This document shows, one piece after another, positions 56,189 through 64,000 of a stretch of 64,000 nucleotides of DNA. Under the pieces are notes generated by a model. The model was not told the origin of the DNA, searched no databases, and was given only the letters and a program-made list of their open reading frames with translations. Source of the stretch: a virus; IMG/VR virus record IMGVR_UViG_3300042197_003333, positions 16,246 to 80,245 of that record; one strand, given 5' to 3'. Every line of letters starts with the position of its first letter. Position 1 is the stretch's first letter. Made by a program: the position numbers and the translations under genes.

Positions 56189-56577
56189 AACTTTGTATTA
56201 AACATAAAAAAGGACTTATAAAAAAATATCAATTAGATATTTTAAAAGATTTTATTTTGTTGTTACAAAATGAAAAACCATTAAAAGGTGATTTAACAAT
56301 AGAATTTTTAGAAAAAAGAACAAAGGATATGACAACGGGTCAATTCTCAAGAAAAAAATCAAGAATTAGAGTTTTATTTAGAGATAGAATGTTGGCTGAT
56401 GTTTTAAGAACATTATCACATGAATGGGCACATTCTTATGACCACCAAAAACTTAAAATAAAAGATAGAAAAGATATTGGTGGTGAATCTGAAGATTATG
56501 CAAATCAAGTATCAGGAGAGTTGACTAAAAAATTTATTAGAACAAATACAAAACTTCACAATAAAATATTTGATTAA
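56185..56577 (+). CDS. Zn metallopeptidase-like protein
   Basis: LRTLSHEWAH...EDYAN. Confidence 0.7.
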   Translation: MKLCIKHKKGLIKKYQLDILKDFILLLQNEKPLKGDLTIEFLEKRTKDMTTGQFSRKKSRIRVLFRDRMLADVLRTLSHEWAHSYDHQKLKIKDRKDIGGESEDYANQVSGELTKKFIRTNTKLHNKIFD

Positions 56578-57002
56578 ATTCTATCTTGGGTTTTAATTTC
56601 TTTGTTAGATATTCGTCCATAAATTGTATCAAGAGAATGTTTTACATTTGATACAATCACTTCTTCAATCTTTTTGGTCCTCTTTTCCATCTCAATCCTA
56701 AAGAGTCGTTCTACGGTGTCCCAGTCCTTATTAGTGAGTTCAATATCGTAAGAGTATGTTCTATCAACAATTGTTCCTTTATTTCCAAATAAAGACACAA
56801 AAATACCCAATCTTTCATTATAGATATATTTGTCATCAGAAACTGGAGCAATTAATAGTAAACTATCCTCAAGTTTCATTAATCTGACACAAATAAAGAG
56901 AGGCGTCCTATCTAATTTTGTGTTTTCGCAGTGAATTTTGCTATGGATTTTTTTTCTAAATAAAATCTTAACTTTTGCGACTAATCTTTTGAAACTTATC
57001 AT
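56574..57002 (-). CDS. Hypothetical protein
   Basis: ORF after TATATTTG. Confidence 0.7.
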   Translation of the reverse strand: MISFKRLVAKVKILFRKKIHSKIHCENTKLDRTPLFICVRLMKLEDSLLLIAPVSDDKYIYNERLGIFVSLFGNKGTIVDRTYSYDIELTNKDWDTVERLFRIEMEKRTKKIEEVIVSNVKHSLDTIYGRISNKEIKTQDRI

Positions 57003-57067
57003 AATTTTTTTTTACAAATATACTATGAATTTTGTTTCGTAAAGTCAAAAGATATTAACAATTAAGT

Positions 57068-57973
57068 TTAAGATAAAATTATAGTCTCAAATCTACATTT
57101 CCAACCTTTGTATTGTTTAATATCTCCTTTCGCAACTCTTTGTAATGCACTATCGTTTAAATTATGATTTAAACAAAAATTTCTTAATGAATATAGTTTG
57201 TATTCTTCATTTTTTGGTGAAGTAAGAAAATATATTCTTTTTTCAATCGTTTCCCCTTTTGTTCTATTTAAAACAATCAACCCCTTTTGGGTTTTTCTTT
57301 TTATTTTTTTTCTACTAGATTGCATTGTGTTTTTACTGATTCCATGTAATTCACAATATTTATTTAAATTTTTTGTTGTTGATACATTTAAATTTTCATC
57401 ATAAATAACATATTCATCTCTATCGTCATTTTTTTCCAAATTATTATATAAATCTGAAATTAAAATGTTTTCAGTAGATTCAGATGATGTTCCATTTAGT
57501 AGTAATTTTACAAAGTTGGACCATACCTCTACGTCGGTTTCATTTCTCCCAATATTTGCGGCATAACAACATAACACTATATTATCTAAAGTATATCCTT
57601 TTGTCCTATCCAATCTATCTATTGAAGGTTGTTGGGGATGTTTACTAATAAGGGACGGGAGTAAGGGTATTTTGAACCAATAGCACAATCTTTTTTGTTT
57701 TTCGTAAATCTCTAATATATCTTTTACTGTGAGTGTGTTTTCACAATTTCTATTTTTTGAATGATGGATTAAAAAATTGGCCCAAAGTCTAATTTTTCTT
57801 TCTTGGTATTTTAATTTTTCTTTATTTCTATTTTCAGAATTTTGTCTGTATTTTTTTTTATTTTCTCTACCTATTTCGTTGACATGGTATTTACAAAGTA
57901 ATACTTTTTGACTCGGGTGAAATTCATCAATTGATTTAAATTCTCCACATTTTTTACAATATTTAGTCTCCAT
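57068..57973 (-). CDS. HNH-like endonuclease with C-terminal HTH
   Basis: KYCKKC...PSIDRLD..KGYT.DNIVLCC..AN. Confidence 0.85.
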   Translation of the reverse strand: METKYCKKCGEFKSIDEFHPSQKVLLCKYHVNEIGRENKKKYRQNSENRNKEKLKYQERKIRLWANFLIHHSKNRNCENTLTVKDILEIYEKQKRLCYWFKIPLLPSLISKHPQQPSIDRLDRTKGYTLDNIVLCCYAANIGRNETDVEVWSNFVKLLLNGTSSESTENILISDLYNNLEKNDDRDEYVIYDENLNVSTTKNLNKYCELHGISKNTMQSSRKKIKRKTQKGLIVLNRTKGETIEKRIYFLTSPKNEEYKLYSLRNFCLNHNLNDSALQRVAKGDIKQYKGWKCRFETIILS

Positions 57974-58022
57974 ATACTATATAAATATATGAAAGTATGG
58001 TAAAAGTGTGTAAGTTTGTAAA

Positions 58023-58493
58023 TTATTTCCTTTTCCATTTACCGCCTTTTTGTTTGTATCTTTTTGCGGCGGCTCCATTACAATAAGCACTTGGGCAAAC
58101 TTTATATCTTGATTTAGCCCAATTTAAACAACTTTGCCAAAGTGATGGATTTGTTGGCACATTTTTTTTCTTTTTTTCGGTTAGCTCACTTCCTTCCATC
58201 ATAGACACAGCAAGCGCCAAGTCCTCAAAACCCTCATTTTCCATCATTTCAGAACTAACTTCCTTAATTTCATTCATAAGGAAGTCAAATACTTGGTCCA
58301 TATTATTTTTCGCTTCAGCAATGTGGTCTTGAGCCCAGTCATGTCCATTTGTTAGAATACTTTCAATTTGGTTTTCATCCATATTCAAAAGCATTTCACA
58401 TTGTCTTTTCATTTGCTCCAAATTGGAAAAAAACATATATCTTTGGTTTTCTTCTTTAAGAACTCTTTTAATAAGGTTGTCTAAATTTCTCAT
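58023..58493 (-). CDS. Conserved phage protein
   Basis: LIKRVLKE leader; PTNPSLW...PSAY.NG...YK..GG.W. Confidence 0.75.
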   Translation of the reverse strand: MRNLDNLIKRVLKEENQRYMFFSNLEQMKRQCEMLLNMDENQIESILTNGHDWAQDHIAEAKNNMDQVFDFLMNEIKEVSSEMMENEGFEDLALAVSMMEGSELTEKKKKNVPTNPSLWQSCLNWAKSRYKVCPSAYCNGAAAKRYKQKGGKWKRK

Positions 58494-58494
58494 A

Positions 58495-58797
58495 TTATTT
58501 TTCTTTAATCATATCAACATTTATCATATCAAGGTCCAACAATCTTTTTGTTAGAGTTTTTCTATCAATTTTTCTTAAATATCTTACAACAATCGGAGGG
58601 ATGTCATTTTGATATTTTCCAAATAAAACTTTCATAATTTCTGTTTCTTTTGGAGTTGGAGTATAATCCGCCTTTGAGCGTGATGCTCTAATTCCGGATT
58701 TCCCTTTTTCAAACTTTTCATCCTCTTCAGTTTCAGAGATAATTCTTTTAACGATTTTTTCTAAATCACTTTCTTTTAATTTAATAATCTTTTCCAT
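58495..58797 (-). CDS. Hypothetical protein with IIKLKESDL leader
   Basis: Leader motif. Confidence 0.7.
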   Translation of the reverse strand: MEKIIKLKESDLEKIVKRIISETEEDEKFEKGKSGIRASRSKADYTPTPKETEIMKVLFGKYQNDIPPIVVRYLRKIDRKTLTKRLLDLDMINVDMIKEK

Positions 58798-58800
58798 AAT

Positions 58801-59307
58801 TTATGTTGTTGGGTCAGCTTTAAGTTCTTCGCAAACATTTTGAAAAAACATTTCAAGTTCTCCTTGAATTTTATAATAATCTTCAAATAAATCTACTTCC
58901 TCTGGTGATTCAAAATGAGCGTATTTAAATGTTCCATTTTCATCACAAAATATTTCACCATAATATTCGTCTTCATATATTGTAAAATATCCTACGTGAA
59001 CAATACCATTTTCTGTTTCTTCTGTTGTTTCATAAGTAAAACTTACAGGAGCGTCTTTTATTCTTTCTGAAAAAGACGGACCTTCAAAACGAGGGTGTGT
59101 ATATTTGTCAAATTCATCTTCAACATCATCATTAAATTGACCTGTTTTGGAATAATAATCTAAATATTTTTTTTCTTTATCTGATATTGATTCATAACCA
59201 CTCGCCGCAATTTTATCAAGAATTTTGTCCATATCTGACATTGCTTCATTTACCATTTTATTGATTAATTTAACTAGTTCTTGTTCGGTTAATTTAATTT
59301 TTTTCAT
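58801..59307 (-). CDS. Hypothetical protein with IKLTEQEL leader
   Basis: Leader; DKILDKI..SGYES. Confidence 0.7.
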   Translation of the reverse strand: MKKIKLTEQELVKLINKMVNEAMSDMDKILDKIAASGYESISDKEKKYLDYYSKTGQFNDDVEDEFDKYTHPRFEGPSFSERIKDAPVSFTYETTEETENGIVHVGYFTIYEDEYYGEIFCDENGTFKYAHFESPEEVDLFEDYYKIQGELEMFFQNVCEELKADPTT

Positions 59308-60809
59308 TTTCTATTAACAATTTGAAATTTGATTTGTTTTTTATAAGTATCTGCGGAACCATCAGAATATACCTTTAAATCAATATAATATTCGTTTGGT
59401 ATTTTATCTCTTGTGTCAAACATAAAATAAAATTGATTATATGACCTATTAATTTTGGTCCAATCTTGAACTTCAACTTCTGTTTGACCTTCTTTTACGT
59501 AAACTCTGAAATAGGCATTTACATTATGTAATACCTCATTTGTTGTGTATGCTTTTTTAATTATTACCCCAACTTTTCTAATGTCAGTATTTATAATTTT
59601 TTCATCTTGTTTAATTCCATAATAATCAAAACCATATAAAATTGGGTCTTGACTTTCTGGACCAAGTTGAATTGATTTTGTATAAGATTGTAATACTACT
59701 TGATTTGTAATATTATCAAGGGATATTCCATTATATGTTATTCCGCTCCATATATCATAATATGTGCAATTTGTAACTGCGGTTGATGCGGTAATTGCTG
59801 ATATGGTTACTTCGTAAATTCCTTTTGTTTTTAAACAAGTTGATAATGGTCCCTGAATAATATTATCAGATGAATCAACAAGAACTACTGATGGGTTATT
59901 GTCCAAATTAACTAATTCTCCATCAATTACTGAATATAGATAAAGTTTATTTTTTCTATTTTTATAAAATGTATTTCTGTCGTCAGATATATAATCATCA
60001 TAATATGTTTCCAAGTAAGGTTCATAAAATGTTTGAGTATCTTTACCAAAAAAGGCGACAGAATAATTTTGAGTAAGTCCTGTAAATAATTCTAATTCAG
60101 GTGGAAATGAAATAATCCATCCTGTGTTTCCTGTTGTCCCACCAGTCAATATTGAATTAATTTCATTTGTCATATCAAATTTAATATTTTCATTACCCAT
60201 TTCAAAATGTTGTGTATCAACAATTGTCATTGAACTAAATGGGGTTAATCCTGTATTAACGTTTGAGTATATTCCATATTCACTCCATCCCGATAATGTA
60301 TTTCTTTGGTACCAATTTGAAGGTCTTTGAGAGTAACTTCTATTATCAGGCAATGCGATTGGACTTAATAGACCATTTGAAAAGTTTTTTGTATTTTTAA
60401 TATCATAAAAATCAGACCCTACTCCATTATCCCAAGTTTGAGGGGAACCTGTCTGACCTGATGTTAAAGGTATTCTTATTAAATTTAAATCAAATGAAGT
60501 TGCTCTTAATCTTCCGTTCCACATTTGAGTGTTTAGTAAATCCTTGTCAAAAGTTGAGGTATTTACCATTCTTAAAGTGTGAGTCATGCTAGAAAAACTA
60601 GTACAACCACTTGATATTACACCTTGTGTGTATTGATTAACAAGTTCAGTTAAATCAATATCAAATATATATCTACTAAATCCTCTGTCCGAAACTACAT
60701 CATTAGCGGAACCAAAATATAGTTCAGTATATGGAGCGAGTCCAGTATTAGTAAAACTATTATTTAATAGTGTATTATTTTTTTTAAAATAAGAACGAAA
60801 AATAGACAT
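59304..60809 (-). CDS. Putative structural (baseplate/tail) protein
   Basis: Beta-rich, S/T/N-rich; follows the gp5-like gene. Confidence 0.65.
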   Translation of the reverse strand: MSIFRSYFKKNNTLLNNSFTNTGLAPYTELYFGSANDVVSDRGFSRYIFDIDLTELVNQYTQGVISSGCTSFSSMTHTLRMVNTSTFDKDLLNTQMWNGRLRATSFDLNLIRIPLTSGQTGSPQTWDNGVGSDFYDIKNTKNFSNGLLSPIALPDNRSYSQRPSNWYQRNTLSGWSEYGIYSNVNTGLTPFSSMTIVDTQHFEMGNENIKFDMTNEINSILTGGTTGNTGWIISFPPELELFTGLTQNYSVAFFGKDTQTFYEPYLETYYDDYISDDRNTFYKNRKNKLYLYSVIDGELVNLDNNPSVVLVDSSDNIIQGPLSTCLKTKGIYEVTISAITASTAVTNCTYYDIWSGITYNGISLDNITNQVVLQSYTKSIQLGPESQDPILYGFDYYGIKQDEKIINTDIRKVGVIIKKAYTTNEVLHNVNAYFRVYVKEGQTEVEVQDWTKINRSYNQFYFMFDTRDKIPNEYYIDLKVYSDGSADTYKKQIKFQIVNRK

Positions 60810-60830
60810 TATCTTTTTTATAGATAAATA

Positions 60831-62459
60831 TCAATTAATGCGAATGTTTTGATTTAAAACTTTAGAATCGTACAACTGAAACTCTGATTCAATTTGTGGG
60901 ACGGAAACTCCTGAATGCGAAACAGGTACTGGAGGCAACCCGTGATATGCATGACAATGTGAATTAAGAAATTGAACTATTAAATTAAGTATTTCTTTAA
61001 GTTTTTCTCCTCTCACAATAGAATCAGTATTTGGTATTATATCGTCTTGAATTTCGTTTTGAGTCAATCCATAAATTGTATTACTCTTTAGATTAACAAG
61101 TTTTTTACCGGGTATTGGATTTGAGTTATTTGATAGTAAAATAATCTTTGAGCTTCCTAAAATTGATACACTATTTTTTGATAAAACATTTTCACCATCT
61201 TGTTTTATTGTTGTAATCTTTTTTGTGGTTACCCCAAATTTATTTTTTTGTGAAATTAAACCATTCCCATCAAAATCTTTAATTGCAAAAGACGCTTTAA
61301 CTCTTGAAATTAAATTTGAACAATTTGAAATTTTTATAAAACAAGTTGGGTCATTTTGTAAATCAGGAGTTGTATTTAGTAATGTTCTAATATTTGAACT
61401 TGGTCTATAGTAATATGGGAATATCCTTGAGTCCCCCCAATTTAATATACTTGTATAAAGCGCACTAAATCTTTCGTTGTCAGGGTATTTTGTTTTTAGT
61501 TCCGAACCACCATTATTTAATGCATTTATGACATCATTTATAATTGATGACACACCCGACATACTTAAACCAATAAAATCATAACTCCAAACTGGAGTAG
61601 TCACATTATTTGGGACTTGAGTTTCTACGGTAAATGTGTCATTAGCCAAATTAGGCGAAGGAGGCAAATCATAAATGTAAATTGAACCTGTAAACGCATT
61701 TAATACATTGTCAGCATTCATCAAATTATACTCAATTAATTTTTTTAAAGGAGTTTTGTCAATCTCTTCAGTATTAACTTTTTGAGGTTCAGTTGTTTTT
61801 TTATTTGTTTTAAAATATGACATTTGAAAAAATCCTCTTTTTTCATTTGCCTTATTAATTGTGTTTGGTTTTAAATCACTAATTTTTCCAGCCCTTAAAA
61901 GTATTTCGTCTTTTTTTAATATTATATCGGTAGTTCCTTGACCATAAATTGCATTATCTCCCGGTAATGCGTACAAACCATCAACAGGTTGATTGTATGG
62001 CTTTCTACCTGTGTTCACATCAATGCTGTCCGACTTTAATTTTGGAGGTAAAGTTAAATTAAACCCCTTTGATGTGTTAGTAATTTGTTGTTCATAACTA
62101 TCCGTTACAATATTAAACGGACTTGAGTTCATCGTCGGAATATAAAATTGCTCCTTTCTCCCGTTGTTTTCTTTTGGATTTGAGTAAGTAACCCAAACCA
62201 TTTCTCCAATTTTTGGTATTATACTAATTGAAAATGAAATCAAAGGATAAAAAACAAAAGGGTCTCGTTTTCCATATTTTAAAGTATCAATAATGTCTAA
62301 CCCAAATTCACCTCTTTCTAATTCACCATCACTAAATTGTGACCTTAAAATTTTCTCAATATTCTCATCAGTGTCCGGAAATACACGAATTCTATTTAAT
62401 ATATAAGTGTCCTCATTATCAATTACTTTACCTGTAAATAATATTTTTTCGGCCTTCAT
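60831..62459 (-). CDS. Baseplate hub/spike (gp5-like)
   Basis: N-terminal OB-fold pattern G.VIDN.D..RIRV..IPKIGE.VWV; C-terminal HCH. Confidence 0.7.
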   Translation of the reverse strand: MKAEKILFTGKVIDNEDTYILNRIRVFPDTDENIEKILRSQFSDGELERGEFGLDIIDTLKYGKRDPFVFYPLISFSISIIPKIGEMVWVTYSNPKENNGRKEQFYIPTMNSSPFNIVTDSYEQQITNTSKGFNLTLPPKLKSDSIDVNTGRKPYNQPVDGLYALPGDNAIYGQGTTDIILKKDEILLRAGKISDLKPNTINKANEKRGFFQMSYFKTNKKTTEPQKVNTEEIDKTPLKKLIEYNLMNADNVLNAFTGSIYIYDLPPSPNLANDTFTVETQVPNNVTTPVWSYDFIGLSMSGVSSIINDVINALNNGGSELKTKYPDNERFSALYTSILNWGDSRIFPYYYRPSSNIRTLLNTTPDLQNDPTCFIKISNCSNLISRVKASFAIKDFDGNGLISQKNKFGVTTKKITTIKQDGENVLSKNSVSILGSSKIILLSNNSNPIPGKKLVNLKSNTIYGLTQNEIQDDIIPNTDSIVRGEKLKEILNLIVQFLNSHCHAYHGLPPVPVSHSGVSVPQIESEFQLYDSKVLNQNIRIN

Positions 62460-62671
62460 TTTGTTCTACTATTATATTCCTTTAAAATTGTATTATAAGT
62501 AAATTCTAATTTATCTAAATGTTTTGATAATGCAATTAATGTGTTTTTTGTGTATTCAAAATCTTGAGTAATTAAATCCATAGCTTTTACCAAATCTTTA
62601 TTTGGTCTATGTTTATAATCTTGAATAATCTCCGCAACTTCTTGTTTAAAATCTGAATTTTCTTGTTTCAT
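62456..62671 (-). CDS. Small coiled-coil protein
   Basis: ATGA-coupled ORF. Confidence 0.65.
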   Translation of the reverse strand: MKQENSDFKQEVAEIIQDYKHRPNKDLVKAMDLITQDFEYTKNTLIALSKHLDKLEFTYNTILKEYNSRTK

Positions 62672-62673
62672 TT

Positions 62674-64000
62674 TTAAATACTTTTTGATATTGTAGATAT
62701 TGTTCCGTATGGTGGAGGTAAAGAAACCGCTCCTGGTGCTTTTCCGTTAATTTTTTGTTCGGTATCCATCCCTTTAATTTGCGAAAATTTTGATTGTAAA
62801 TCTAAATTAGGGCTCCCGTCAGGTAAATCTCCTGTTGGTAATCCTATTTTTTGCATTTCTTCAATTGTATTTATTAACGCTCTATTTGGTGAATAACCTG
62901 GCAATAAATTTGCCAATGCCATAAGAGGAGTTGGAATTCCCCCACCTATTCTAGGGATTAAAGTTAAAAGTTGTAGAATAGCGTCAATTATACTTTTACA
63001 TTTTCTGTAATCTTGAACTATATTAACAACCAATTGAGCCAATGCAATTAATCGTTCAATCATTGCGGTTATCGTTCCGCTTTCATCCTTTATTACTAGT
63101 CTAATAATTAAAGTTACTAATTTTTGAATATCTTTTTTTATTTCTTCAAATAAAATTCTAACAAATTCTCCCCCAATTCTTGATATTAAATCTTTCATAA
63201 GGGTTTTGTATTTTTTTACAAAATCGGAAAGTCCATTTATTGCATCATCAATTACTAACCCCATAGATTTCATAATAATAAAAAGAGGAAGTAGTACTTT
63301 GGGTGATATAACCGTAGACACTACAGCTAGTGGTATTTTTTTAACTATATTAAAATCTAATGAAACTGATAACTGCGGATATGGTATTTGTAATGACCAT
63401 CTTGGGTCATTTGCCAATAAAGCCGTTATTTGGTCTAATCCGCTTGCGAAATTACTTCCGTCGTCATTGAAGTCAATACTTTCAATTGAATCAATAATTT
63501 CATCAGAATTAACAGGAAATTCCACTTCATCACAAGTTTCTAAAGTAATAACTTGATTCTTTATTTGTCTCGTTCTTTCTTCAATAATACTATTATCAAT
63601 ACCTGTCATTTCAAAAAAACTATCAGTTGTGTCATCAAGTTCTGGTGTTTTTGCCTGACCTGAAACAGATATTTCTTGTTCGTTGTCAAAACATAATCCT
63701 AAAATTCTTTGAACTAAAAGTCCAAATTTTGTTGTATCATCAATTTTTAAACTTCCTGCCCCAATTTTAATTGAAACTATTCCAAAAATTGCTTCCATCA
63801 AATTGGCTATAAGAGTTTTTAATTCAAAAATTGATATTGTTCTATAGTAATCTGCAAAAAATTTAAAAACTTTGTTATTACTTCCTGTATTTGTTTCCAC
63901 CTTATACCAACCTGTTGCGTCTCCATTTACAGGGTTTACTTGAACATATTCTATTTTAAAAAGTTCGTTAGATGAATATCCTAAATATGAATATTGATTG
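62674..64000 (-). CDS. Large hypothetical/structural protein, 5' end outside the window
   Basis: Frame stays open from 63900 to the window end. Confidence 0.7.
   Translation of the reverse strand, partial: NQYSYLGYSSNELFKIEYVQVNPVNGDATGWYKVETNTGSNNKVFKFFADYYRTISIFELKTLIANLMEAIFGIVSIKIGAGSLKIDDTTKFGLLVQRILGLCFDNEQEISVSGQAKTPELDDTTDSFFEMTGIDNSIIEERTRQIKNQVITLETCDEVEFPVNSDEIIDSIESIDFNDDGSNFASGLDQITALLANDPRWSLQIPYPQLSVSLDFNIVKKIPLAVVSTVISPKVLLPLFIIMKSMGLVIDDAINGLSDFVKKYKTLMKDLISRIGGEFVRILFEEIKKDIQKLVTLIIRLVIKDESGTITAMIERLIALAQLVVNIVQDYRKCKSIIDAILQLLTLIPRIGGGIPTPLMALANLLPGYSPNRALINTIEEMQKIGLPTGDLPDGSPNLDLQSKFSQIKGMDTEQKINGKAPGAVSLPPPYGTISTISKSI

Noticed and set aside
1-64000. Genome-wide stop-codon reassignment
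   Set aside because: Terminase, portal and MCP are intact under code 11, and TGA terminates many genes in ATGA overlaps.

Overview
AT-rich segment of a large T4-like (myovirus-type) phage. A Bacteroidota host is likely, from TAnnTTTG promoters, signal peptides followed by Gln, a GE-starting tmRNA tag and a bS21 gene inside the head cluster. The left half is accessory: FKBP PPIase, DenV-like glycosylase, a duplicated two-gene variable cassette, GIY-YIG, a class II aaRS-like core enzyme with an attenuator-like leader, PPK2, a probable lysis cassette, RfbC, a tRNA-Arg(UCU) split by a group I intron with a neighbouring HNH, an M23/M15 peptidase and tmRNA. The right half holds the head module (terminase, Thr/Pro-repeat protein, intein-containing portal, bS21, prohead protease, scaffold, gp23-type major capsid) and baseplate-like genes. 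The standout is a ClpC ATPase encoded as three separate genes (28992-34527, minus strand). Two different, atypically split inteins (24- and 31-aa N-halves) interrupt both Walker A motifs, and a free-standing endonuclease gene sits inside each split, so the enzyme must be built by double protein trans-splicing. All family calls are by motif recognition; no database search was run.
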